Shown: positions 1-11,386 of the stretch, piece by piece
Layout of the letters: every line of letters begins with the position of its first letter
Numbering within the stretch: position 1 is the first letter of the stretch
Source of the DNA: Diplonema japonicum
Taxonomy: Eukaryota > Protista > Euglenozoa: Diplonemea
Length of the DNA stretch: 64,000 nt
Direction: 5' to 3'
NCBI GenBank assembly: GCA_964019335.1
Contig: OZ025678.1
Location: 186,001 to 250,000, forward strand
Position numbers and translations under genes: made by a program
The notes under the pieces: generated by a model
What the model saw: the letters and a program-made list of their open reading frames with translations, nothing else
Database searches by the model: none
What the model was told of the DNA's origin: nothing

Positions 1-682
1 CGCTGTGGAAGATTTCCCAGAATAGTCAAAAAGCAGTCTCTTGACATGACGGTGGCGTACCCAGGGGTGTGGTTGAGAGGCGTGGAGCCAGTACGCCAGT
101 AGTCAGAATAATCTGGCATGATATCAAGTCCATCGACAAAAGGGCACCTAGGAAGGTATGCAGAGAAGCAGCATCGAGATCCAGGGAAACACCTTTTTTA
201 GCCGCATTTGCAACATTGTTCGAAGTTATGACCCGAATAACGTTTGGGACGAGCATTTGGGAGAATTTTTGGTACGGCGTTGAGCCTCTGATGTCAAAAC
301 AGGGTCCACAAGGATTCCGATCTTCACGAAACTGGATGCCTTCCAACTGCTCCGGCTTTGTCGTCCAATCACCCTGCTGTGACTCGGAATCGGTCGAATT
401 CGTATCAGAATCACTGTCTGTATCAAAATTGCATAATAGGGATGAGCCATCAGTGCTACCATCACTCATAATGTCCTTTCCGGCCTCTTTCTGGGTGCCC
501 TTTTTTGAAGTGATTTTTAAGGGTAAATTTGGGCTGGCGTTTTTTTTTATTTTTTAGTTTATATTTTCCGCGCAGGACCCCGGATGCGAGAAGTGGCCGG
601 GCTGTACTGCATTGAAAGCCCTTTGCGCAAAAGATTTTTTTTCAAATCGTCTCTATAAAGACGCTCGTTGGTAGATGGTTAA
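1..682 (-). mobile_element. piggyBac-like (DDE_Tnp_1_7) transposase relic, 5' part, frameshifted; continues off the left edge
   Basis: The minus ORF 26..469 has an acidic N-terminus then TPYQKF..I..N.A..SLHTFLGALLSM. A shifted frame near 125 continues MPDYSDYWRTG...VMSRDCFLTILGNL, matching the piggyBac 'FLG..L.M...P...DYW...MSR.RF..I...L' pattern. A TTAA at 679-682 followed by CCATC on the minus strand is a candidate terminus. Confidence 0.7.
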
Positions 683-946
683 GGATCCTTTAGAAAAAAA
701 GAGAAAAAAGAAAAAAAAATGACAAAACCTCAGCAAAGGATAGAGAATGCATACAAAAAATCTTAAATTTTTTCGAACGACGATTCTTTATCCGGACGAG
801 CTCAAAGTTCAATAACATTTGTTGCTATAAAAACAAAAAAAAAAAAAAAAAAGAAATCAGAAGGGATCGGAGGTGGGAGGGGGAAGAGGGAGGAACCCGG
901 AGAGGGGAAACAAAAACAAAAAAAAAAAAAAAAAACCGACTAAATA

Positions 947-2476
947 ATGGATCACGCCAGAGCGCAAACGGCTCTACAAGCATTAGAGAAAGGTCTGAGG
1001 TATTCGAACAATTCTTCAAACACACGAAGCGCCACTGCAATACAAGAAGTCGAAGCCACCGCGACCCCCACAAGAAGACTGGATCTTAACGAAAGCATCG
1101 GCGGGACGAGCACCACCAGCACATTCCGAAGCGCAAGTGTAGGACTCACATCGGCATATGATTACAGAAAAATGATGTCGCCACCACCTGCACCAGAACC
1201 GACAAGACACGCCAGGCCTTTGAACACGGCCGTGACCCACAGAAGGGTACCATCACCTTCTTTCGTAAACAGTGTCAGAATACCAACCGTTTCCTCCCCA
1301 CCGCCCAACCCAATGTACAATTCTCTTATACGTGACTTGAGGGTTCCCCGAAGAATATCTCCTCCAAGAAAACCTGTTGTTCCAGTTATCCCATCACGTA
1401 CTTTGTCGAAACCAGTGCAGAGTAGAGGGATCAGCCCGAGTTTGTCTCCGAGGAGGGTTCCTAGCATGTCTCCGCCTGTGCCGGTTGTAACGGAACAGAA
1501 GAGAAAAAACCCGGTAAACGCGTCGCCAAAAAGGATTCCGAATCCTTTTTTAGCAGAGATAGCTTCGTCGGGGTTGTCGGAAAGGTGTTTGGACTACCTT
1601 GTGAAGAGCAAGGAGGAGGTGCAGCAACAACAGCGAAATCATGATTTGTTTCACTACGAAGGTCTTCCGGACCCTGTTGTGTTCAACTGTATCCGAGCGT
1701 GTATCAACGACACGGTGGGCTGCTTGGTCAGCCGTGGGGACGGTGTTATCGTCGTAGCCCCATTTGCCGCAGAGCTGAAGAACACAATAACCGCTAGAAA
1801 TGATGTTTTTATCACAAGCGTTTCGGGTCCTAAGGACGTGATTACCGCGCCGACGGAAACAGAGCTTGAAGCAGGATGGGTTCAACGGCATTCTCTGGTC
1901 GTGATGCAGACCCCTGGGTTGTGTGAAGAGTGCTCCGACACCGAGATGAGCGATATTATTTTTTGGACCGTCTCGAAAAAAATGCATTTTTTGCTGGTTG
2001 GAGGCGACGACAGATCGGCTGCTCTCGTGAAAAACCTACCCGAAACCATTAAAAAGAATGTCCACATCATCCGAAAGTCCCCTCCTCATGGTGCGCTTTA
2101 CACTTTCAACGACACTCTGGCCACGGTATCTGGTTACCTTGCTGGTGCATTTTCACCGTTGATTCTCGCTCCTTCGACCGAAGTGGAGGAATACCCAAAA
2201 CGGGACGCGGACACTGAGGAGCTTTCAAGGGAGCTCTCAGACGCCGGTATCGCGCACTTCATCACCCCTACAGCCATGTGGTTGAACCTCACCACGCACA
2301 TCACCACTGCCCAGCAGGAGGTTTCCCATCACAAGAAGCTCCTCTCGCTCAAAATCCACACACAACCTGGGACGGCCCTTCATCTTACCACTCCTGGGTG
2401 GTTCTTGTTAACAGATTATGACGGCGTGCCACTGTCGGACTTGTCAACCCTGCTCCGACCGAAGAACGAAGGTTGA
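947..2476 (+). CDS. Hypothetical protein, Pro/Ser/Arg-rich N-half plus globular C-half
   Basis: 509-aa ORF free of homopolymers, ATG after an A-tract; no family recognised. Confidence 0.8.
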   Translation: MDHARAQTALQALEKGLRYSNNSSNTRSATAIQEVEATATPTRRLDLNESIGGTSTTSTFRSASVGLTSAYDYRKMMSPPPAPEPTRHARPLNTAVTHRRVPSPSFVNSVRIPTVSSPPPNPMYNSLIRDLRVPRRISPPRKPVVPVIPSRTLSKPVQSRGISPSLSPRRVPSMSPPVPVVTEQKRKNPVNASPKRIPNPFLAEIASSGLSERCLDYLVKSKEEVQQQQRNHDLFHYEGLPDPVVFNCIRACINDTVGCLVSRGDGVIVVAPFAAELKNTITARNDVFITSVSGPKDVITAPTETELEAGWVQRHSLVVMQTPGLCEECSDTEMSDIIFWTVSKKMHFLLVGGDDRSAALVKNLPETIKKNVHIIRKSPPHGALYTFNDTLATVSGYLAGAFSPLILAPSTEVEEYPKRDADTEELSRELSDAGIAHFITPTAMWLNLTTHITTAQQEVSHHKKLLSLKIHTQPGTALHLTTPGWFLLTDYDGVPLSDLSTLLRPKNEG

Positions 2477-2667
2477 AACACCATACATTTAAAAAAAAAA
2501 AAAATAGAGGAAAAAAAAAATAATAATATCCCTCCCACTGTGTATTTTTTTTCCCCCCCACCTTGTATTTTTCTTTCTCTCCCCCACTGTCCCCCTGTTT
2601 TTTTTTTTTTTTTTTTTTCGTGACGAAAAAAAAAGAAACTTTTTTTTCATATGAAGGGGGGAACCTC

Positions 2668-3363
2668 ATGAATGGGCGAATCGCGACCACGCATGGGTTC
2701 CTTAGGGACATCAAGTTCGCGGTGAAGGTGGGGAAGGTGCTGCACAACTATAGAAGCATCCGCAATGTAAGCGCAAAGGACCAGAGCATAGTGATGTGGA
2801 ACCTCACCGCGCAAAAGAAGTTCAAGGAAGTCAGAAAGGCGTTCGAAGAAACCCGACACGAAGACAGAGACATCGTCACATGGACAGCCAGGGTGGCGGC
2901 CAGCACCTGCGTCGAAGAAGCGATATCCCTAGTAGATCATTGCAGACACCTTGGAATTGTACCAGATACCCAGCTTTTGAACGCTACCTACGATGTGTGT
3001 ATCCGAAAGAGGTCCCCGCGACTCCAGCCGCAATGTCGAAAACTCTTCAACACCTACAATGTGGCTCCGAATAAAAAATCCTTCTCCCTTGCTCTTAATG
3101 CCGGGTACCCTTCTCTCACCGTCTGCAGGGACACGTGGGTGTTATACAGACCAACGTTGCTCTCCCGATCTGCATTGTACAGGTACGTTGGTGTATTGCT
3201 GCATCGCAGCGTAACCCAGCATGACGCGAAGATAATTTACACAACCGACGGGTTACACGAATGTTACAGCCAGCTGACCACGGAGTCCAAGGCGGGGGAA
3301 CAAGAACTGTCACGGCTCTCGAGAGAAATGGCAAGGTTGGAAAACAAAATTAAAACCCGATGA
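2668..3363 (+). CDS. PPR-like (pentatricopeptide repeat) protein
   Basis: First ATG at 2668. PPR-like segments RDIVTWTA, LGIVPDTQLLNA, NVAPNKKSFS. Confidence 0.6.
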   Translation: MNGRIATTHGFLRDIKFAVKVGKVLHNYRSIRNVSAKDQSIVMWNLTAQKKFKEVRKAFEETRHEDRDIVTWTARVAASTCVEEAISLVDHCRHLGIVPDTQLLNATYDVCIRKRSPRLQPQCRKLFNTYNVAPNKKSFSLALNAGYPSLTVCRDTWVLYRPTLLSRSALYRYVGVLLHRSVTQHDAKIIYTTDGLHECYSQLTTESKAGEQELSRLSREMARLENKIKTR

Positions 3364-3399
3364 AGGTAGCTTTGACCTGATTTTTTTTCTTTCGCGGGG

Positions 3400-4920
3400 G
3401 ATGTTCTCCACAGGAGGGTCCGGGTCGGTGAAATGCGGGCGGGAAGTGCTTGCAGCCAAGACGGAGATCAGCGCCTGGGGATCAAGGTTTGCATGGACGG
3501 CGAGCACAGGGCCAAGCCCCTTGTAGGAATGGAACGGGCGTGCGGAAGGCTGGCTGCCATGCCGTTGGGATTCTCACAGAAGGCAAGGATCATCTCCAGC
3601 TCCATCCTCCCCTCTTGCCTACGGTGTTGCGTATGCCCCCCCTCGAAAGTGGATGCAGGCACAATCCGGTCGAGAGTTGCGACATGCCTCTGGGGACCGA
3701 AGTTCAAGATGCGCTCACCGTGTGCTGTAGCGAACGTCTTGCTGCCGGGGCACACGACGGACCCGCTGGTGGTGACGCTTTATCGACTGTTGTGCACGGT
3801 GGTGAAGGTTGGTAGGTCGGATGCAGAGCTGTGGGACCGGATGGGAAGGTGTGGCGCCCTGTACCTGCAGAGCGACGTGGAAGCCCAGGGACCAGTGGGA
3901 ACCCTAGTGAGACGGTGGCTGCCGGCGATCGGGAAGAGCTGGAGTTTTGTGGAAGGGCTGAGTACCGCGACCGAGCGGGAACGTAAGCACGAGATCCGCC
4001 AAGTGGCACGGGCCATGACAGCAGCGGAACAAGCAGAAGGGAGGACCTCCTACAGCGGCATGCCGGAGGGGGCCGACCCGGTCACGAACGGGTGGTGGAG
4101 GTCGCTCGCGAACAACCCGGTGGCGGCGTACAGGTTGAGGAGGCTGATTGCTGGGGCGGTGTTTGCGGTGTACCCTGCGGTGCGGGGAGTGGCGGAGGGG
4201 CCGGACAACCCGCTGCAGCACCTCTGTGACGTGTGTGGGGAGCGTTACGGCAGCTACACCGAGGTGCTGGAGCACGCCCTCTGGCGATGCGAACTCGGAG
4301 ATGCGGTGCGGGGCAAGGCAGAGTATGTGAGCCTCGACCCGGCGACCATGCCGAACGCGACCCGGCGACCATGCCGAACGCGACGGCGCTCCACGGGATA
4401 GTGCCCGGGGATGCCAAGACAAGCCGAGGGCCCTGTTGGTGCAAAGGTACCTGCTGGAGGTGGTCACGCTGAGGGATGCGGCGGTGGAAGCGAACCGCGC
4501 ATTGCAGACGCAGACATACCCCTGGACGGCACACGACGGTTACGACGCTGGAGCTTGCCCTCGACTTCGAGCGGGAGATGGAGCTGCCGCTGGACGACGG
4601 CGGGGAAGTGGGCAAGGTGGAGGACCTGGGCGTCAAGGCAAGAGGCTGAGGTGTGCTGAGACGTGTCCAGGACCTGTACCACGCTGATGGCAGAAGGACG
4701 GCGTTCCCAGCAGCGCGAGTGGATCGCGTCAACTCCTTGCGCTGTATAGGAGCGACCACACACGGGTATGACAAGAGGCCAGTACTCCCGGAGCGAACCA
4801 TGAGCAGCATCGAAGGCTTGCGTACCTGTCGCAGACCCCGACAAGGCTGCCCCGCAGTTTTACCGACAACGGGGACTAAGTACAGCGCGGCCGGTGAGCG
4901 CAAAAACGCATTAAAAGAAT
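3400..4920 (+). mobile_element. 5'-truncated, frameshifted non-LTR retrotransposon relic (copy A)
   Basis: GC-rich. RT-thumb-like start (QRLGIKV...KARIISSSILP), zinc knuckle CDVC-x10-H-x4-C of the zf-RVT type, then VQRYLLEVV..RD, ELALDFE and FPAARVDRVNSL, shared with the copies at 35.8-38 kb. Confidence 0.7.
4335..4384. repeat. 23-bp tandem duplication inside the retroelement relic
   Basis: cgacccggcgaccatgccgaacg x2 + cgac; causes a frameshift. Confidence 0.9.
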
Positions 4921-5255
4921 AGTTTCTTTGGAAGATACGGCTGACGTACGTAAGCGTGCAAACCGGCTAGCTAAAGTTCTGACAAAACTGTCAGAGGTGG
5001 CCGAAAAGAAAGCACGATCCCCTCCTATCCCCGGGAAACCTTTCTTGACATCCTCCCTCCGGCAAACAAACCGGTTCACCGGGGAGAGACGACTGGAGCG
5101 ACAAGTTCGTGCCGACCTACCTCGAACCTACCCGAAGTATCCCCACCCCATCTGCCGATAAAAATGCAGCGACGCAGAAGGGTAACAACACAAGATAGAC
5201 CCCCCACCACGCTGCACACTTAACGCCAAATAGTGTTGCAACCAAAGCCCCATTC
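4921..5255 (+). mobile_element. Short 3' fragment of the same retrotransposon family (copy B), head-to-tail with copy A
   Basis: RKRANRLAKVLTKL...PIPG parallels RARRIKALIVKINA...PFPA of copy D. Ends QKGNNTR* with agatagacccccc, as copy D ends QKGSINR* with agatagacccccc. Followed by a T-tract. Confidence 0.6.
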
Positions 5256-5356
5256 TTTTTTTTTTTTTTTTTTTTTTTTTCCAAAAGAAAAGAATAAAAA
5301 TAGCAGGAAAAGAGAAAAAAAAAGAAAAGCGGAAAAAAAAAAAAAAAAATGCAACG

Positions 5357-7425
5357 ATGAAGAAGCAACAAAAGATACTTCAGACGTTACACGAGTCCCT
5401 CGGGGAGATGCTCAAATGGCGTGATGTCTCCACCAGGAAAGAGCATGCCCGTGAGGCCCTCAAAGCAACTATGGTAATGCACATGCGAAACGGCGAGAAA
5501 CCTAATGAAGTCGTGGAGAGCGACAACGAACTGCTAAGCTACCTCGGAAAGCTGTTAAGAGACGGCCCCACCCACGAACGCCCGCAAGACGTCTCGGCCG
5601 CCCTACGCGTCTGGATGGACGCGGTAAACTACGAAACCAGCGGTGTGTACCACGAAGGCCCCGGAAAACTAGCAATGCTGCCCTTTGAAAAAGTCCTGCT
5701 CCACATCCCCGTACTTCTCCTATATGAAGGAGCCTTTGTCCAGTCATACATGGTGGTGACTGATGCTAAAATATCGCTGTTGATCAACCCCAACATTCGA
5801 GAGCATCACGAGGCAGTGGAGATACCCATATTACTCCTGAAAAACATCTCAATTTTCGAAGAATGTCGCGGGGAGACAGCGTCCATCCTTGAGCTGTCTA
5901 TGAAGAACGGATGGCTGGTCCACATCTGTGTACCAGATCTCGACCAGGTAGTGTTGACAAGGTCGGTGCTGGAGGCGTTCCTTCCATCGAACTACTCGAA
6001 GGAAAACTTCTTCGCGTTCAAGTACCACAATGAGATGCGGGACCGCATCCCACGAAGAACCGTCGAGGACGTTCTGGATGAAGAGTACCACAGGATTATA
6101 AAACAAGCTGGCGGAGCCTCTTCATCAAGATGGCGGGTAACGTCGGCGAACGAGAATTTTAACATTTCTGACACAATGCCCGAGAAATCCATTGTTCCAT
6201 GGAGTATCTCAGATGATCAAGTCAGCGAACTTGCAAATTTTAGGATCAACAAGAGGTTCCCCATGGTGTCGTGGATACACCCGAGAAACGGAGCGGCCCT
6301 CGTGAGATCTTCGCAGCCCACCGTCGGGTTGAAAAACAAAACATCTGAAATCGACGAAAAATACATGCGAAAAATCGCCGTTTCACAGGATCTCTACACG
6401 GCGGTCGTCGATGCCAGACCCTTTAAAAATGCGGTGGCAAACCTGGCGAACGGTGGTGGGTATATTTCGCTTAAAAACTATCCCAAGTGCAAGCATGTCA
6501 ACGCTAACATCCCGAACATCCACGCCATGACTGCGTCTCTGTACAAACTACGCGATTTGCTGACAGGTTCATCGCCTACCGATGACGGTGATTGGCTGCC
6601 GAAACTCCACGCCTCCAACTGGGTCCGTCACATTCAACGTATTCTCCAAATCTCCATCCACATCGTGTTCATGCTTGACCGAGAAGCCACCACTGTGCTG
6701 GTGCATTGTACAAATGGATGGGATAGAACGTCGCAAATAGTCGCGCTTTCGAATATTATGCTTGATCCGTACTACAGGACGTTGAAGGGATTTCTCGCGT
6801 TGCATGAGAAGGATTGGGCGTCTGGAGCGCATAAGTTCGGGGAGCGAGTTGGGTCGCTTGGGTCCGATAGACACCGAGCCAAAGGCGTCTCCCCCATCTT
6901 CCTTCAGTTTTTAGAATGCGTTGTTCAAATTTTAAGGCAGTTCCCTTCTGCATTTGAATATACTGAAGAGTTTCTGCGGCATGTTGCGAACTCCCCGTGG
7001 GAGGGCAAGGTTGGGACGTACATGGTCAACACACCGAAGGAACGATGCGACATCGAAAATCACACAATTAGTCTTACAGAGCAAATCGAGTATTTGTTAA
7101 GTGAGTCCGGCGACCATGCTCGGGAGTTTACGAACGAGGGTTACGAGGCAACTCAGTCCGTTCTTTACCCTTCGAGCCACCCCAAGGATCTTTCTCTGTG
7201 GCTTTCTTACCATTGTTTGATTGATAGAAGGGTGAAGCTCTCTTTGAGACACCCTGAGCGATGCGCGCCGTCAACTGGGGGTCGTCCTCGTTGGTATCCT
7301 GACAAGCTTGCCGAAACCTGTTTGAGCTGCCGGACACTGTTCACCATTGTCACTCGAAGGCATCACTGCAGGCAGTGCGGGTATATTTTCTGTGGTGCGT
7401 GTTCCTACAAGGTATGGGAGAGGGG

Positions 7426-7461
<36 letters not shown>

Positions 7462-7553
7462 AGAAAACGTCGATTGGTCGGGTTTGCACTACGTGCATTC
7501 ATAAAGAACCTGAGAAGGGTGATTTATCTGAGACAGCCGGGGAAAATGCGTAA
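5357..7553 (+). CDS. Myotubularin-related phosphoinositide phosphatase with C-terminal FYVE finger; exons 5357-7411, 7464-7553
   Basis: RSSQP, DARP..NA.AN..GGG, NIHAM, VHCTNGWDRTSQ and LDPYYRT motifs. The FYVE finger W.PD...C..C...F....RRHHCR.CG..FC..CS is completed (RVCTTC) only after removing GT-AG intron 7412-7463. Confidence 0.95.
7412..7463 (+). other. GT-AG intron (52 nt) with G-run + A35
   Basis: GTATGGGAGAGGGG-A35-CAG; splicing restores the FYVE RVCxxC. Confidence 0.9.
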
Positions 7554-8016
7554 AGATTAAAAGAAAAGAAGGTTGTGGTTTGTCGTAAAAGATGTCATGA
7601 TGAAAAAGATGCACGTTTTTTTTTCTTTTTTTTTTACCCCCCCTCCTTTCTTTTTTAATTTTCTCTTCCCCCCTCCTCTCTCCTCTTTTCTTTTACGAGA
7701 AAAAGAATTACTGTTACTGTGTCTTTAAAAAAAAAAAAAAACGCCTTTGAAAAATACGGTATTACTTCTCTGTCTCTTTTTTTTTTCTTCGTAGTTTTTT
7801 ATTTTTCTTTTTTCATTTTCCCCTCCCCTCTTTTCTTTTTTCTTTTTTGCTCACTGCTTCACTCTCTTTTCTTTTTCATAAGAAAAAAAAAATTATTATC
7901 AAGTTTTTCTTGCTTTTTCTTCTTCTTTTTTTTTTTTTTTTTTTATTTCTCCCTGTTCCGTTGCTCGAAAAAAAAAAAAAAAAAAGTCCACAAAAAAAAA
8001 AAAAAAAAAAAAAAAA

Positions 8017-9267
8017 ATGAAACGCCTAAAAACTTTGGAAACCCACGTGAACTCGTCGGCACCATCACCATCACCCAAAGGCATGCTTCAGGGGCTACGT
8101 GTTGTTGAACTAGCCACTGTTGTTGCAGCCCCTGCATGTGCAGCATTGATGTGCGACATGGGTGCAGACGTCATCAAGGTAGAACGCCCAGGCGGGGACG
8201 GGTGGAGGGGAGACCGCGCCGACAAATGCCCCGAGAACCCTGCAGGCGGCCCCCACTTCGCCCAAAACAACAGAGGAAAACAAAGCATCGTACTCGACCT
8301 CAAAAAACAACAACATTTAAACGCCCTTTTAAAGCTCCTCTCATCAGCGGACGTCTTCGTCACCAATGTTCGGTACCCCGCCCTACAGCGGATGGGCCTT
8401 GGCTACGACAGTTTAAAAAAACACAATCCTCGATTAATTTACGCCATTCTCACTGCTTGGGGTTTGCAAGGCGATCGTAAAAACGATCCTGGTTACGATG
8501 TTGGCGCATTCTGGGCTGCATCGGGTCTACAGGACTTCTCAAAGCCCACCGACGACGGCCACGTAGGGCAATTCCCACCAGCAATCGGAGATCACATGAC
8601 TTCATTACAACTTCTTTCCGGAATCGGATTAGCCCTGTGGCACAGGGACCGTACTGGTAACGGGCAGTTCGTCGAAGCATCATTACTCCGTTCTGGTATC
8701 TGGGGAATGGCGTATCCTTTACTGAACACCGCCTTAAACCCCGGGAAAAAATTCCTTCGCGAGCCCCGAACGAACCATTACAGACCGACTTTTAATGTGT
8801 ATAAATGTAAGGATGGTGTTTGGCTGCAATTGTTAGGTCTTGATGAAGGGAGGTTTGATGCAGGGGTGTGTGTTGTGTTAGGGCTGTCTGTTGAGGAGTT
8901 TAAAGATGCTTGTAATAAGCGGAAGATTGCTATGATGGACAGTGCTTTTTTGAAGCAACCTGCTGGGTACTGGGAACCCCTGCTCAGGGAGCACAATGTT
9001 TGGTTTCAGCGTGCCGTGCAGCTTGACGAGGTGCTGCGCGACCCGCAGGCGCACGCCATTCAATCCTTTCACACGCTGCCGGGGACGGGGTTTCCTTATA
9101 TTACGTCGCCGGTGCAGATGTCTTGCAATCCTAACCACTTTCCCAAAGCGGGTCCACCCGTGTGCGGGCAGCACACGTACGAGATCCTCTGCAATTTAGG
9201 CTACTCCGACAGCGAGGCGCGTCAAATGGACATGGAAACCGAAAAATGGGGTGTGAGAAAAAATTGA
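8017..9267 (+). CDS. CaiB/BaiF family III CoA-transferase with PTS2-like N-terminus
   Basis: LQGLRVVEL, DMGADVIKVERPGGD, NRGKQSIVLDLK, ADVFVTN, PGYD, GDH (catalytic Asp region), GQHTYEIL. N-terminal RLKTLETHV. Confidence 0.93.
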   Translation: MKRLKTLETHVNSSAPSPSPKGMLQGLRVVELATVVAAPACAALMCDMGADVIKVERPGGDGWRGDRADKCPENPAGGPHFAQNNRGKQSIVLDLKKQQHLNALLKLLSSADVFVTNVRYPALQRMGLGYDSLKKHNPRLIYAILTAWGLQGDRKNDPGYDVGAFWAASGLQDFSKPTDDGHVGQFPPAIGDHMTSLQLLSGIGLALWHRDRTGNGQFVEASLLRSGIWGMAYPLLNTALNPGKKFLREPRTNHYRPTFNVYKCKDGVWLQLLGLDEGRFDAGVCVVLGLSVEEFKDACNKRKIAMMDSAFLKQPAGYWEPLLREHNVWFQRAVQLDEVLRDPQAHAIQSFHTLPGTGFPYITSPVQMSCNPNHFPKAGPPVCGQHTYEILCNLGYSDSEARQMDMETEKWGVRKN

Positions 9268-9284
9268 GTGCCTGCCTCTCTCTT

Positions 9285-9322
<38 letters not shown>

Positions 9323-9329
9323 CTTTATA

Positions 9330-10479
9330 ATGAGCTCGTCCGGAAAAAAAATGTCAACAAATGACCCTCCTATGCGGCGGAAAACCCCCGTTAAATTTCT
9401 AAGTAGAAAAGTAGTCCGACACCACTTTGTGTGCAGAAATGCAGTCTAAGCTTGAACACCATATAGGTCAAAATGCTCGCCGTTTGTTTTATTTTAAAAC
9501 GCACGTGCAAAAACATGTTTTTTTAGAATGGTTTTTGGCAAACGATTCAATTTGGAAGTTACAAATAACCCAGACTCCATTTTTTCGATCAAGAGATAGA
9601 TTGAGACTCTTCAGGCGTCCTGCCACATACCGCAGGTACCCTTAAATGTCTCTTTTTCTTTTTTTTTTTTTTTTTTTTTCTTTTCTTTTTTTTTTTTTTA
9701 TTTTCGTTTTTCCGTGAAAAGCGACAGGAGGAATGGACGCAGATTGAAAATCTGTGAAACCTTTGGGGTCATTTTGGGTGGGCTGGACTCTAAATCACTA
9801 TTAAAATGGGGTGGGGGAGAACTTACCCTTAATGTGCCATTTTGGCCTATTTAAGGCTAAAATCCCTTTAAAACCCCTTAAAAAAAGCAAGTTTTTCACT
9901 TTTAAAGTATTATGAGTGCAGAAGAAAAGGAAAAACCTCAGCAGATGGGTTGAGAATGAAAGTTTGACCCCAAAGATACCAATGTCGAAGCTCTGCATGA
10001 GCAGGCAAGTGTTAAGAATTGGTTTTTCTGAAAAAGGCCAAAATCCCTTAGGAACCCCTTAAAAAAGCCAAAAAATAGGGTGTAAAAAACCGGATTTTCG
10101 GGGGCTATACGGCGCCATATATTTTTCGCTAAGTACTTTTAACAGTAACCCGACCCTGGGTTGTACCCAGGGGTCACAAGTGCGCTTGATCACCAATTTT
10201 ATGCACCCTAGATGCTGCATTTTAAGCAATAAAATTGCATTTTAACATTTTCCGCCGTTTTTCTGACCTCTATTTTTCGCTTCCCGGAGGCAGCCGGTTG
10301 CAAAGCCTGCCACCCTCATGGCAAAACAAGCATCGCAATTGAAAGAACGGCGTCATGTACACCATGTATGTCATCTTCCTATGGTTGCATGCTGCCCTTT
10401 TTTTGCTCAAATAATCAAAACAAGAAATTTTCGGAGGTGCCCAAAAAAGTGTTGACATTTTTTTTTCGGACGAGCTCAT
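9330..10479. mobile_element. Non-autonomous DNA transposon (MITE) with ~30-bp TIRs
   Basis: atgagctcgtccggaaaaaaaatgtcaaca (9330-9359) and its reverse complement at 10450-10479 with 1 mismatch. A partial terminus also occurs at 791-804. Confidence 0.8.
9584..9650 (+). repeat. Dispersed SINE-like repeat, copy 1 (nested in the MITE)
   Basis: ttgagactcttcaggcgtcctgccacataccgcaggtacccttaaatgtc, also at 35268-35336 and 54740-54780; followed by a T-tract. Confidence 0.85.
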
Positions 10480-11386
10480 ATGAACGTTGTTATATCATGC
10501 GAAATTTTTTTTTTCTCGTGTGAAAAAAAAAAAAAAAAGAAAAAAGATCTTTTTTTTTGTCGTTTTCGTTTTTTTTTTTTTTTTTTTTTTTTTGTTTGAC
10601 TTTTATTATGATGAATTTGCAAGAAAAAAAAAATCACCACAGGGGGGGGGAAAAAAAAGGGAGGTGTTACAACAACGTAGTACAAAACAATGCCTACGAG
10701 GGGTGATGTTCCGGCGTTCGAAAAATATCACGCGCAAAAAGCTGCAATCAGGTGGATTACTTCTTTTTCTGTTGTGGTAGCGTTGACCGCGTCCTTACTA
10801 ATGGTTGCTATGTGGATTTAAGAAGAAAAAAAAAAAAAAAAAAAAAAAAAAAACGTCTTTTTCCTTACACTCGTCCTTCTGTTCTTTCCTTCCTCTATCT
10901 CTCTATCTCCTCCGGCTCCTTAACTTCATATTTTGACCTTTGAAGGGTTTCATTCCTCGGGACAAAGAAATGGGAAGGGAAGGAGGGGAGTAAGAGAAAA
11001 AAAGGGAGGGAAGAATGCGGTGGATGACAAAAAAAGATACTGGGCAGGGGGGGTATTTTTTTTTTGTGCTTTTCAATTTTTCTTTTTTTGATTCCTTTTT
11101 TTTGAATTCTTTTTTATTTTATTTTTTTCTTAGTAATTTCTTATCCGTACCACCGATGGATATCTTGGCGCCTTTTTTTTTTGTAAAAAAAAAAAAAAAA
11201 GTTCCATGCCCGGGGCATACGAAAAGATCTTACTCTGAACAAAAAAAAAAGAAAAAAAAGAACAAAAAAAAAGCAACCAGAAAAGAAGAAAAAAAAAGAG
11301 TCAACTCTAAAAGTTATTTATCTCATTAATATTACAAATCCCCTTATCGTTATCCAAAGGGGAAAAAAAAAAAAAGAAAAAAAAAA

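Noticed and set aside
9575-9655. Hammerhead ribozyme on the minus strand of the SINE-like repeat (CTGAAGA...CGAAA)
   Set aside because: Stem II pairs poorly, extra bases separate stem I from CUGA, there is no correctly placed NUH site, and the 35.3-kb copy has GAAC instead of GAAA.
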